A stretch of DNA of 64,000 bases from Amphiscolops sp. MND2022 (Eukaryota): contig OZ076419.1 in NCBI GenBank assembly GCA_964187785.1, positions 17,174,001-17,238,000 on the forward strand, written 5' to 3'. The notes beneath the pieces are model-generated. The model did not search any database. It saw only the letters and a list, made by a program, of their open reading frames with translations, and was not told the origin of the DNA. A program made the position numbers and the translations under genes. Below are positions 10,545-23,330 of the stretch, piece after piece (the stretch's first letter is position 1; every line of letters starts with the position of its first letter).

Positions 10545-11032
10545 TGTCTCAACTTCGTCTGTCTCAATCGAACCGGGTAAGTAAAAGGCTTTTAAAAACT
10601 AAGTCTGAATTCTGATTCAGGATATTTCGGCAAACAATAATGTCCGAAGACACAATAACGTAACAATACACAAGGCGAACTATATGCAACTTGCTTTAGA
10701 ACGGTGTTATCGGCAAATAGTACATGTGAAATTAAGGGAACTGCAGACTGTTATGTAATGTTAACAAATACGTTAATTAATTGGATGATATACTTTCAGA
10801 GGACAAAGGAAAATATTACGTAATAAACGGAACGCAAAAACGAAAAACTAGTTCATCCAAAATGAGCCCCACGCGGGGATCGAACCGCTTCGGTATGGTT
10901 GACAGGCACCGACCATACCTCTAGGCCATGGCAGCATGACATTGAAGTGTTTTGACGTGTACACAATTCAGTACACCGCAGACGTATTATATTTGACCGC
11001 TTTCGATTGTTGACAAACATTGGTTGTCAACA
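10545..11032 (-). repeat. BEL/Pao 5' LTR (488 bp)
   Basis: Direct repeat of 2290-2778. Confidence 0.96.
10864..10935 (-). ncRNA. tRNA-Asp-like Pol III unit inside 5' LTR
   Basis: Second copy of 2610-2681. A box TGGCCTAGAGG, B box GGTTCGATCCC, followed by ATTTT. Confidence 0.6.
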
Positions 11033-11169
11033 CTGAGTATGTATTGACTTTCTGTTGTAAATGTTATTATCATTGTATCATTCCTTGATGAATCTTTCAG
11101 TTGGCTTTGTTGTATTGGACATTTGTTAATGTAGTTCGGTACAATAAAATTTCTAATATCTGAAGTCTT

Positions 11170-14100
11170 CTGAGTAGTTAGGGTTTGGTTTTTGGACGCA
11201 TGTTGTATTTTCCTCCCATAGGACTTTTAAATTCTCTCTCCTGGTCGTCATTTTCGTCTTCATATGCATCGAGCACGTATGTATTGCTCCTCTTGATGCT
11301 TTGCTATCATTATCAGAGACTTAGTGGATATCTAAGGGAAGTTTCCACGGTATCCGAGCCAGTATTTGTATCGCATCCGGTGGACTTTCGGTCCACATCT
11401 GCGAAAATTTGGTCAGTTTCCTCTGTGTCTGCGCCATCAGTGGTGGATTGTTCAGAATCTTCAGTACGTATTCTCTATTCGTCGCCAGGATTGAAATTAG
11501 GTAATTCTCCAAATATCGTTTACCATGTGATGGCATATAAGTCATCTTGTGGGGCATAAAGATCATCATCAACATGTGGGTTTCCTTCTGGGCGTTCGTC
11601 TAGTAAAGGGGTATTCGGTTCGTATTTTCGAAGTCGTATCCGATTTAAAAATTGTGTTTTGTTCGAGTTTAGTTTTCGAGCAATATAATTTTCGTTCTGT
11701 AACTCTTTTTCGACTTAATATGGTCCGATTTATCGATGTTTTCGAAACGAAAATTTTCGATCCTTGATATTCGGCAATAGGTTGTAACACGAAACAATAG
11801 TCGTTTTGTCGTAAGGGTGCTGCCCTGTTTTTGCGGTCATAGTATTACTTGTATTTTTAGTATAATTGCATGATGTGTTTCTTTGTCGAATCAATAAATA
11901 ATTTCGTCCGACTTTGAAATCCATCTGCAAGGTCTGTAGTCGGTATGACCTTCGGGTTAGGGTTAAGACCTGATTGGTGGTGTAGTATATTATATTGTGC
12001 TCGTCCGTGAAAGATCTGTGTTTGCTCGCAGCCCAGAGTTGTGTGATAGTTGGTGTTGTTTTTGCATACTGCTTATGGCAGATATTTATGCCTATCATTG
12101 TCGCCGGCATTCACCGGAGGCCATTTTGAGATTTGTCTTTAAACCAGAATTGGTGCCTTCCAGCTTACCAATAGTTTGTGGATGTTTCTTTGTTGCACAA
12201 TTTATTTGTATGCACAATATCGGCACTGTTTCGGCTACTAACTTTGATGTAAAAGCCGTTCCTTTGTCGGTGATCAAAGCTGTCGGTAAACAGGTGTGTT
12301 TAGTCATTATATCAAAAATAACCTTTGCCGTATTCGAAGCCGATGCGTCCGTGACTGCGTAGGCGAAAGGTTTTCTAGAAAAGACGTCCATAGCGGTGAT
12401 AAGACTTTCACAGGCACCGCTTGGGGGCAAATGGGGTGCTAAATCGATTTGCATTGCGTCCTCGGGACCAAACTCCCATTCTGGCAGATTAAGGAGTTCA
12501 GGGGTAATTGAGGCGTTAGGGATCTTTTTGTCTTTATTGCAAATTTCACAACCATTAACCCGTTTTTTGACTATTTTGCAATACCAGGATAGTATTACTT
12601 TGTTCTTAATTCTTGTAACATTTTGGAAGTTCCCGGGTGTTTTTTTGCTTTCCCTTGTAAAGATTCAAGTAATTCAAGCTGCAGGTTCTTCGGCAATAAC
12701 ACTTGCTTATCATTGACAGATCCGGTGTCATCAAAATATTGTTTGGTTATGATTTCATCCATGATGGTTAGTCGGTCCAATTGGAGACAGTAATGTTGAT
12801 ATCTATTATCTTGTACTAGAACAGTCTCGAAGTAATCCTCTTTCAAAGCTTTGAGTTTGAGTTGTTCTAGGATGAGGTTGTTGATTTGTTTACTGGCTAC
12901 AGTGTTGGTGCTCGATACGTTTTGAAAGAACGAAAGTTTTTTGTATCTACTGTTATGTATGCTAAATTTGTCTGTGATGTCTGGCTTTTAATGGGTTGGG
13001 TTTTTTCGTGCGTCCTTTTTCCTTTGCCAGATTTTTGCTTCAGTTTCGTCATCTTCTTCCGTGTACAAACTTGGTCCTCTTCAGAGACTCCCGCCGATTT
13101 GAAGTTCAGTTCAATTGGTGTTGTAGATGATGTCTTCTCTGATACTGAGAATCAGTTTCTCTTTAGGTGAGTTTTTTAGGCGCGATAAATAGTCCGCTGC
13201 AGTGTCGGTTCTACCAAAAAAATGGGCGATGGTGAAATTAAATTGGATAACGTAGTCACATGCGTTCCACAGTGTCGGAGGTAAGATTTTTGTCAGGAAA
13301 AATCGAGTGTCTGATTTAGTGTGAGTATAATCACCGGTTTCGGAGTTCCCCAAAATGTGTGTCCGAAGTTTTTGAAGACAAAGAAAATTGCCAAAAATTC
13401 CTTCGGGTAGATGGACATTTTCAATTGGGTAGCACTGAAGGTTTTGTATCCTTTGCCACAGGTGCAAAGGTTTTCCTTGTGGAAGTGTATTTTTCTTGCG
13501 GATCGTCTTCGGTGAGGACTGCAAAACCAGCTGCCGTGAAACTAGCATCAGTCATATAGAAGATTTGTTTATTTGACAGAAGTTGTTTGAGTGCTAGTTC
13601 ACAACATCGGTCAAGAGCCGTTTCATTTCGGTGAAGGTCTCCAACAGGTCCGGTGTTATCAGGAATTTTTCAACGTTTTTCGAAAATATGAAGAACGGGG
13701 TAAGTGTTCCAGAAAGTTTTGGGATGTAGGGTCGATAATAAATTCGTTTTTCTTCGAGGAAGGTTCGGACCCTAGGTCGTTGCGGCTTCACCCCCGCAGG
13801 AGTGATTGTCCGACCCAGGAAATCAACCTCCGTTGCCCCAAAGTGGCATTTATGCATTATAGCTTCAAGCCAGCCTTCTGGTTGCTTCGGAACGTCGCTC
13901 TGAGGTTGCTGATGAGTTGTTCGGCATCGTTTGCAGCGATTCTAAGATCGTCAACATATTATGCACCTTGGTCGGCTTTAATGATTTGGTCAAGATACTT
14001 TCGCATAAAACTGGAAGATGCCCAATAGGCTGTACTAAGTCCTTGGGCTAATCTGCGGTAGGCAAATGGTCTGCTAGCAAAATTGAAAGCGAGCATTTCG

Positions 14101-17100
14101 ATAGACCTTTGATCGGCCATCTGCAGGCAATGGTATGCCTGAAAGCAATCCAGTTTGCAGAATAGTTTCTTGACCTCTGCTGGGCGGCATTAGTTAGTGT
14201 AGTGACCGAATGGTTGTTATTGATATAATCGTTTGAAATCAGGTTGTTAATCTTTCGTAGATTCACTAGGAGTCTCTCTTTGCCTTGAGGTTTTTTGGCA
14301 AATCTTGGACTCGCGTATTTTGAGAACAGGAGAGTTGTTGTAATCCGGTAGCGATGTAAGAGTGTCAGTTTCACAAAGATATCTTCTTTGAGGTTGATCG
14401 GCGTAGGTAGATTCTGACTATAGGCCGGGGAATTGTCTTTCAGGCCGGGGATGGTGTCAGCTTGACTTTGAATTCCTCATTCATGCCTATGTCAAATCGG
14501 TGTCCTGTATATATAACGTACAATTCGTCTAGTAGGTCTTCTATGCGAGCAATTTCATCAACTGTAGCATGGAATCTGACCAACCGAAATTGGTCAAAAG
14601 CTGTCGTCTCGACTCATGGTCATCCTGGGGATTGAGTGTTTCTAATTCTTGAAGGTTTTGTATTTCCTTCAGAGTAGGCTTCTGTATGGGTGTTTGTTGC
14701 TGAGGGTTCCCTGGGTCCTCTGGAGTTGGAAACAAGTAGTTTTCTTTAAAATCCTCAGGCATGTTAGACTTGATCAGGCTGCTTGCATAGAAGGCAGCAT
14801 TTCCAGGATCGTATTTGTAATAGATGCCATCTGGTCACCAAGTCTATAGGTTTGACATATTTCATCTGGTCTGAAGTCAGGAGAGTGAAATTGGCAAATT
14901 GCGTGTCCCTTTTGACGGGTTATCTTTTGAACGGGCAATCAGTGAAATTGTTGAAGTGAATTTCGACATCACCATTGGTCAAGGTGACTAGAGCAGCAAA
15001 GAAGGCAAATTCGCAATCATCCGTAAGTGCATTGCTCGGTTGAAGAATGCCAGTAACTGTAGTATCAATGTACAGTTGTGACGCCATTGTGACCAAACGT
15101 CTATCGTGAGGTGGAAAACTTACATCCTCCTTAAAGTGAATAGGATCCATAACAGTCCTATATTTGTGATCAGCTAAATTCAGCTGCATGGAGGAGAATT
15201 GGAAATTCAAGACTCCCTGTCTCAAGTCGAGAATTGTTTTGATCCGTTGAAGGCCCGTTGAAGTCCAACTAACGGACTGGTATGTTTTTCCATGACTATG
15301 AAGACTTCACGAGAACCAATATTGCCAACTTTAAATTTCAATTCGACTGTGCTCTTTGGGTTTTCCAGCTGTGTATTTGCAACCATGATTTGGAAGTTGG
15401 GTGCTGGGCCCTTTTTAATAAATGAATGAGGGGCTAGTAATCTGATTTTACGTGTATCAGCTTCTGGGATTGCACTAGACAGAGCACCCGTGTCTACAGA
15501 GCCATTTAAGGTTAGTTCGTCGAAATCCATTGGAAAATAGAGAATCGTCGTTTGTATTTGAGCACAAGATTGTTTGTTAGCGTTACATAACCAAGTTCTC
15601 CAGTTCTCGTCACCAAGGTGCTTGCAAAGCGTGCTCCAATTGCTGTGGCCAGCGAGACCTGTAGTCCAGTTTGGTCAAATTTATCACGATGTTCACCAAA
15701 TTGTGATTTAGGGCGTTAACGTCAGTAATGGTGTCGGGCTCGATTTCGTGTAATAGTTTGTGAAAGTTGTGATAAAAAAGTAAATGGTTTTGATTATATA
15801 GGTGAACGTCCCAATAAGGGTCGAAACCATAGTCCGGATCAGGGTAGTAGGGGTTGTAATTGTCTATGACTAGGAGATGTCTCAAGTAGTAGATAATAGT
15901 ATGCAGTCGTGCGGACTCGTAGTCCCTTATGTTTAAATGGGCAGAAGTGGTCGTCATTTGGTGCTGCAAGTCAGCGGATGACATGTTATTGAGTGTCGTG
16001 TAAGATTCGGTATAAAATACGTTTGGAGGGTCAGAAACTACAAATTGTCTGACGCGTAATTTGTCGTTTAACTGAAGTTGTTGCAAATATAGTTTTTTGG
16101 GTTTTTCAAAGTGGACGTGGTTTGCTTGTTGTTAGTGTCGTTGTGGCTGGTAGACGCTTCTTCGGGTTGGGAATCCTCTAATTTGAGGTTTCTGGGCATG
16201 CGGTGGACTCCATATGGGTCCCGCTGGGTGGTTCGTTTGTCACAAATCGGGCACTTAGGATACTTTTTTTTGTAGACTGGCCGTCATTGCGTTTTTCTTC
16301 CTTCCTTTCACTTTAACTTGCGACATTCGTCTTTTGTATGTAACGGTTTTCTTGAAATATATGCAAGTAGTCCCTGGGTCAATACCAGAAGAAAGGAGTT
16401 CGTTACCCGGTGGTGTTGCTGTCGGGGCTGTTGACATTGTTGGTACAGGAATGTCGTCACTTCCTCAAGTCCCTTCAGTTCTAATTCACGCCACGCTCTA
16501 GGTGGGATACAATTTCGTCTTACGTGGCGTTTTCGAGTCTCGCCATGTTGACTGAGCGTTTGAGTTTGGGAGAAAGTTTGGCGTAAAGGAGGCTGTCAAT
16601 CGTTGCCTGTGCACTTTCACCAACGACATTTTCCGCTCCGTGATTAAGTTCTTGGAGAAAATCAGGCCGTTTCATGGTATTCGGGCAAATACTAATTTAT
16701 GCCATTTGTGTTTGGCAGTCGCTTGTGATATTTTCGCTTGAAAACAACTAATAGGTCTTCTAAAGTTTGTTTTTTTTTGTTTGTGTTGAAGTTGCGGAAT
16801 GATTGTAGTGCATTCTTTTGCAATAACGAATGGAAACGATTTGTTTTCATTGTTTCCTTCAATTCTGGTTGCATCTTTACCGTTGTGTTGAAAAGAATTT
16901 CAAACAGCTCGAATTTTTCTGATTTGCTGTCGAATATCATTGTAGTCGTGTTGGCAGATCGTAACATCAATGTTTTTGTTGATGATCTATTATTCACGCA
17001 AACCAGCACGTCTGCAAGACTGTTGGTGGGATCAGACGCGTTGGCAGGTCCAGCTTCAGGGACTGGTGGAACAGGGTCTGGGGACTCTGCTCATTGTGAA

Positions 17101-17738
17101 TCTTGGCGTTGCAGGGGTTCACAGTTCTGCACGCGTTGTCCAGTGAGGAATTCAGGAACCAAACGGGGGGTAAGGTTGGCTCCTGTCACCATGCCGCAAT
17201 CAATATCACTGCTATGTGAGCGGAGCGAATTCTCTCGCTCATTATACTTTGGAATTACAATGTTTCCTTGTGCTTCTTGGTCATTTCTCCAAGGTCTTCT
17301 TTGTTAGGTCCATGTTGTTTTTTAAACCTCTCCCCTGTTTGCCAATGGTATTTTGCAGTGAAGGTAAACTTTTGCTCAGAGATAGCAAGCTCTATTGTCT
17401 CTGGTTTTTGTCAGTTTAGGCTTGATTTTATTCCATCTAACTTGTTGGAGACCTGGCTAGTAATTTCGCTTTTGTCATTCTAGCAGTTTCAGCAGTAATT
17501 TCACTACTACCTCTTCTGTTGGTGCTCAACAGTGTCCTAAAATCCTCTGCATTAGTATTCCCTTCATGTTGGGGTTGATGGACGTTAAGTCCAAGTTTCC
17601 CTCATTTTCACTGAACTGACTAACTACTCCTTCTGTGGAGTAATTTCCTAACATCACATCTAAATTTTCAACATCAGACATTACGTTAGATCGTCTAGAT
17701 AGCTTTTCTTTAGCCTTTTGGTTTCTGGCAGAAGGCAT
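11170..17738 (-). mobile_element. Decayed Ty3/Gypsy retrotransposon (gag-PR-RT-RH-IN), LTRs not resolved
   Basis: Start MPSARNQK at 17738. gag FDSKSEKFELFE (16692-17009). PR VDTGALSSAI (15222-15530). RT YVDD region (~13900-14370). RNase H TDAS...ILGNSE (~13100-13560). IN MDVFSR...ITDKGTAF...HPQTIGKLE (12095-12454). Many stops and frameshifts. Confidence 0.88.
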
Positions 17739-20700
17739 TTAAGATTTCAATTTCTAGGACAATTGTGAAATCAGTATTCAACAACAAAACGTGAACAACA
17801 GTGTATCTGGTATAACGCTTCAGATGAAATTGAATTTCGTTAGGTACTTGATTGCAATCTCGTTTAGGAAAGTTGCGTCCCCTACTTCTCGTAGGTCCGC
17901 TATGTATACTCCTAAGTTTATGACAAGCGTAAATTTAAGGGTCATGATACCAGAAATAGTAGCACCCTAAAAAACGTAATCATTCCAGTTATATCCGCTA
18001 GGAAGGAGGGTTAGTGATGATATAATGCGTCACTAATATTTCAATGAAATTATCACATTTACATAATTTACATGTTTCATTGACGTGATCTATTGATCCA
18101 ATCAGTGAACAGCATCAACATCTATTATACAATGGAACTAAGTAGTGACGTCAGCTGTGTATTAGTAGCAATGTGGACCTAACGTCCTTTTGGCTAGAAC
18201 ACATATAAACATACTGAATTTGGATTGGTCAAAAGACATTTGCACAACGCGTCCACGCGACGTTAGCACAAACTCATTTCAACGCGTTTCCTATTCCTTT
18301 TCATAATGATATAAATACATTCATCAACTGTTTCTCGTTTTTACATGCTATTTGAATTACATTACCCATCATTCGTACGTCCCAATACAGGTAAAAAAAC
18401 GCAGAAACTAAATAACTAAACTAAAACAGTATAATTCAAATAGTACTAACTATCCAGTTCAAGTTCATTGATGTGGCCGAATAGACGCGAGGTCTCTATG
18501 CTCATAATGGTAAAATGCCTGGTAGATTCAAGTATATTGCTGTGACCGGATAGATGTAAGGCCCATTTCCTTATATAGGTAGAACTCCTGGCAGGGGTTT
18601 TGTGTCGTCTCTACTTCGGAATTTCATAAGAATTCCCATCGCAGGCGGTAGCCTGTGACACTTTGAGTGTATCATTGACCTTGACGCGGAACCAGTAGAA
18701 ATAAAGTAGGGAAAACTTGCAACTTGGACTTTTGTGGCAATTGATTTTGTAAATTTTAGAACGAATTGACATTTTTTGTCAACGAGTTGGGATGTTTTTT
18801 GTTATCCAGTTAGATTTACATACCACGCCCGCTTTAAAAAGAATAACGCGAAGGTCGAAAACCAAAGATTTGAAGAAACAAAATCTGGGAAATTTTTGAC
18901 ACACAGTTTGGGTTTTCTCAAATGGATTTTGAATATGTCAAGGGATAAATTAAATTGAGCTCGAATTTTTTCATCAAATTTTATTGAACCGGTCGCAAAA
19001 CTCAGAACAGTCCTAACCAAACAATCAACATACAAAATGAGTGAAGAGAACGCCACTATGCATAACGTCGACTTAATAGGCCCTTTCTAGAATTTGTATA
19101 GTAGTGGACCTCACAGGTTCCACATCGGGGAAACCAATAAAGACGAAGTAGCTCCATTTGAACTGGTAACAGTAAACATAAAAGACGAGACAAACATTTA
19201 GTGAACATATTGTCACAGCCCGCTCCCGGTCTGGGATGTTGCTGCAAACGCATCGGAATCGGGAGAAGACACTACTCCCCAGGATAACTGGTAACTTCAA
19301 ACTTCAGTACTTACTTTCGAAATAAACTGTGAATGAAATAATAAAATGTACGTCTACTTTGCGCAAATCCTAATCGAAAATGAAAACAGGAAATTAAACG
19401 GGCCAAAATGATTTCATGCTTTTCCGGCCAGACGTTTTTACTACGTCAAAATAGAAAAATTCGTCACCTGAAAACTAAATTAAAATGCGTCTTGGAATAA
19501 ATACCATAAACTATTCTATCTAACTAAACATTTCCAGAACCATTTACAGGAAAAGAACATCAATCAGATCTGAAACAGAAAGTACATCGAGATGGCACGC
19601 CGAAAAGATTAGGCCTCTTCTAAGAAAAGGCAGCTCAATTGCGCTTTGAACAGCAATTATTGCCCATTAGAACGATGCCTCGTCGCTAAGCAAACGAATA
19701 TGACAGCATATGTTAATACTACTATACTTATGACGTCAATAATACGTCACTGAAAGGTCAACTAATTGAAAAGTATTCCAAACTAAGCGACGATTTTACG
19801 TCACAGTTATGGCAACCACAATGATTTCATTCCAAATTTACGTCCACGTCACGTCCACTATAGTGGCGGACTAAACTTAACGCCAAATTTACGTCCGCGT
19901 TACGTCCAAAATCTATCAAGATAACTGTTTTAATCCATCAAGAATAATGAAATGAATGCAGTTTATTAACTTTAGTACTAGGAGGGTGCTTGATCCACGC
20001 ATAATTTAGCTAGAATAGAAGTAAAAAAGAGTTTAGGATGCGTCTACCTGTTCGTCAGATAAAAGATCGCCAATTTAGATATTTGCGTTAAGACTTCATC
20101 TAAAGGAAACTTTTCCACATTCTTCGATACGAAAGTCACAGTTTATTCTGAAAACAACATAATTTGAATACTGCTCACAATAAACTTATGATACTATTTC
20201 GTACAAATTGACGCTGTGTCAACGTGTTTGGCGAATCGAATGCCGTAAATTAAGGAAATAATTTTTTGATAATGGAGCTATATTTTTGCAAATACTACAT
20301 TTGTATCTCATTGCGATATTCATTGTTTTAATGACGTTCCAACTATGTATTGCCTGATCTAATCGAATATTTTATCATCTGTGCTTAATGTTACTGTTTA
20401 AAGTTTCCAAATTTAATAATTTAGTCCGACTTCGTTGTCACGTTGAACTATAATTATATTAACTGTGTTAATTCAGATGTAAAGATTGCGCATAATAATC
20501 CATCTTAAATTAGGTGCTTTCATCAGTTAACCAGTCCCTCTATTCTCCTAGCATCTCCAAATATTTCAAGCAAAGCAGATTTAGTCTTAATTTTCTTCAA
20601 GTCAAGGTTCAAGTTCAATCACCAGTTGTTCGCGTCAGCGCCATCTGCGCGTCAATTTTCCTACGAACCAAAGCAGTAAAACAGGGAAATATTTCCGGTT

Positions 20701-21101
20701 TGACAGACTGAAGTAATATCTACTTCCTGCTTGGCAGGATGCAAAAGGACGCCGGAATGAAATAATATGATCATGTTTGGTGACTAACATTGGATCAAAA
20801 CTTCCGTGCCTTAATATTTGACGAAATGTCGTCGCAAAGTTGAGATCTAATTGATTTTTTTCATCAAAAATACAGGAAGTGATTAATTGTTCATAGGAAA
20901 TTAAGAGATTGATTGTGATCAAATGATGCTAGGAGGGTATAAAAATGGTGTGTTGGAATTGTAGAGGGACTCAGTTTTTTCTCATCTGTGAAAAACAGTT
21001 GTGCTTCAATTCTCTATGCTTTCCAATCTCGTTCTCAACTTTGTTAAAAAAGATATCCCAAAGTCAATTGAAAATTTTCAAATCGAATCTCTTCACCTAA
21101 T

Positions 21102-22950
21102 ATGTCGACAACAAGAAGTCAAAAGAGAAGAAACAATCAACAGGAGAGCACCGAATGTGTAAGCGAAGGTTGAGTTTCACCAATATTCGTACAAAGTGTC
21201 TGTCATCTAAATCAGGACGTTACCATTGTGGGACCTTCTAGACCAAAATCTCCCAGAATTGAAAATAGCTTCTTAGAGAGTTTGAGAGCCTCTTTGAAAG
21301 AGGAAATACCTTGCCAAATCGAGAGCCATCTTGTGGAATCCCAAGGAGAGATGTTGAAGCTACTGAAACATAAAACGGGGAAGAAAGTAGAGGATAATTT
21401 TGAAGAAGAAACGGAAAACGAAACTAGAAACTTTTACGCTCCTACAAGATGCGTTAGGATGAATTCGACCCAAAATGACGACCCGAGTACAAATCGTAAC
21501 ATGGTGACAGGAGTTTTAAACGACTCCACCAACTAAACTAAAAGACCAAAAGTAAAGTCCCAGAGTCAACCAGCGTCAAAAGAGCGTCCTGTAGTACCGA
21601 GGACACTCTTCGCACCGGACAAGAACGGCAACACTACTTTGCCTATGCCGAAAGCTTTAACGGCATATCTCCCAACCTTTGATGGGAAATCAGAAAAACT
21701 CGAGCTCTTTGGAGATCTTATCCGTAACAATATCAAAATGTATCGGCATCTCAGGGAAATCCAGAAAGCAAAATATTTTCATTCCTTGCTCCGAGAAGAT
21801 GCACTTTAACAAAGAAGACTCGAAAAAAGATCCATTGGACGAAATAATGACGATCTTTAAACGTCGTTTCGGCGACTACCTGTCGATGGCAAAAGCAAGA
21901 TGCGAATGGGATGCACTCAAATTCGATCCCTCAGTGCAAAAGCTCCAAAAATTTTTGGATGTCCTCCAAAAGACCGCGAAAGAGTCTTTTGGAGCAGCAG
22001 CTCAACAATTCATGGATAAGGCATTTTACGCAAAAATGCCCGACCACGTTAAGAAATTACTCAACAGAACGTATCTTGAAGACAAGTCTTACAACGACAT
22101 CGTACTTCACTTAGACAGAGAAATGAGACTCAACGGCCTTGGAGCGCCAGATGAGGTGATCTTCGTCCGATTGAACAAAATAGAGCCAGCCCAACCAAAC
22201 ACCGAAACAAAACCAGTAGAAAATAACACCCAGAACACCAAAAAGGGGCATTGTTTCTATTGCAATGAATTTGGACATTTCAAAGCTGAAGCCAAAAAAT
22301 GAAAAGAGACAAGTGGCATCAGACCCGAAAAAAAACGGGCAAACAAACAACAGTGAAGGCAATAAGTTCAAATGCGATACTGGCGGCAAACCCCACAAAA
22401 CGGAAGATTGTTGGAATGCAACCAACTCTGCCAACGATCCACGACCCAGGCGTCACAACCAACAAGAACAGAAGATCGATAACTTCGTCCAACCAATGAC
22501 AAGTAAAACTGATGATGAATCGAAAAACTAAGTACGCCGCCCCTGCGCTTCGGGGAAACGATTGGCGCGAGGGCGTATTCGATAGAAATCCCCCCACCAA
22601 ATATACTAATGAAACGACAACAGAATGCAATGGAACACCAACGGAAGACTCTGAGACGGCAAGCAATCGCCACAATAAAAAGACCACCTCCACAACCAAA
22701 ACAAGTGAGAACCTATGTGTCTGATAAAGATTTCAGATGTGACCACAAACACAGCACAGACCTCCATGCCCAGCACTCTCTCACTCCTGAAGAAGAACCC
22801 ATTAAATTATCAGTACATCAAAACACACACGCCCTTAACGAACAATCATCGCCACATCCGCCCAAGGAAGACACTCACAGCTCCATCAAGGAATTTATCT
22901 TCCCAGACGACTTCCCTGTCTCACTCATTGTTTCCTATACTTCATTTTGA
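21102..22950 (+). mobile_element. Gypsy-type gag remnant plus start of -1 frame ORF; pol absent
   Basis: MSTTRSQK at 21102, FDGKSEK-like motif, ARCEWDALKFDP, KMPDHVKK, CFYCNEFGHFKAE knuckle. gag stop at 22529-22531. Confidence 0.75.
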
Positions 22951-23119
22951 TTTTCACGGAAACCGAGTAAAAATTCAAATTCTAAACTCTGCACAACAAC
23001 CTTTTTTCTTTTGAGCAAATGGGAAATTGAAAGAATAGGATTTGTAGAAGAAGGCTAGAAACATCATCACGTGAGATAGAAGTAGACGAAATGCAATAGA
23101 AACCCTAAACACAGGTAAT

Positions 23120-23330
23120 TTGACTTTAACTTATGGTAATTCTGAAAATCAGATAAATTTATGTGAAAACAATTCAAGTTCTCAAATTAATGAACCCAAT
23201 TTAATCAGTATTGAAATACTAGTTTGGACCCAAATTCTGGGACAAAAAATAATGATAGAATTTCAAAAATGCGAGAAGAGTTGGAAAACACATTCGAGTC
23301 TATCCTGAAAGTAATAAGAACTAAGAACTA
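23120..23330 (+). pseudogene. Possible gag N-terminal fragment of a further Gypsy family
   Basis: A frameshift-joined reading gives a gag-like coiled coil (WTQILGQK/NNDRISKMREELENTFESIL). No flanking element structure is visible. Confidence 0.3.

Larger units (their letters stand above)
2290..11032 (-). mobile_element. Full-length BEL/Pao LTR retrotransposon
   Basis: TG...CA LTRs at 2290-2778 and 10545-11032. 5-bp TSD CTGAG at 2285-2289 and 11033-11037. PBS and PPT on the minus strand. Domain order gag-PR-RT-RNaseH(Pao)-IN with typical BEL motifs (HVFGDSSQEAF, KARVAP, NPADAGTRG, WERLVRS). Confidence 0.96.

Noticed and set aside
14920-15225. dUTPase domain between protease and RT
   Set aside because: A beta-rich spacer is present but no conserved dUTPase motifs are recognisable.
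16738-17307. 189-aa plus-strand ORF and other long antisense ORFs over TEs (e.g. 28866-29294, 30603-30977)
   Set aside because: They are shadows of the opposite-strand retroelement frames, with no independent motifs.
18000-19990. Paired LTRs for the Gypsy remnants (around the CTAGGAGGGT motifs)
   Set aside because: Promoter-like motifs exist but no second copy, TG...CA pair or TSD could be established in the window.
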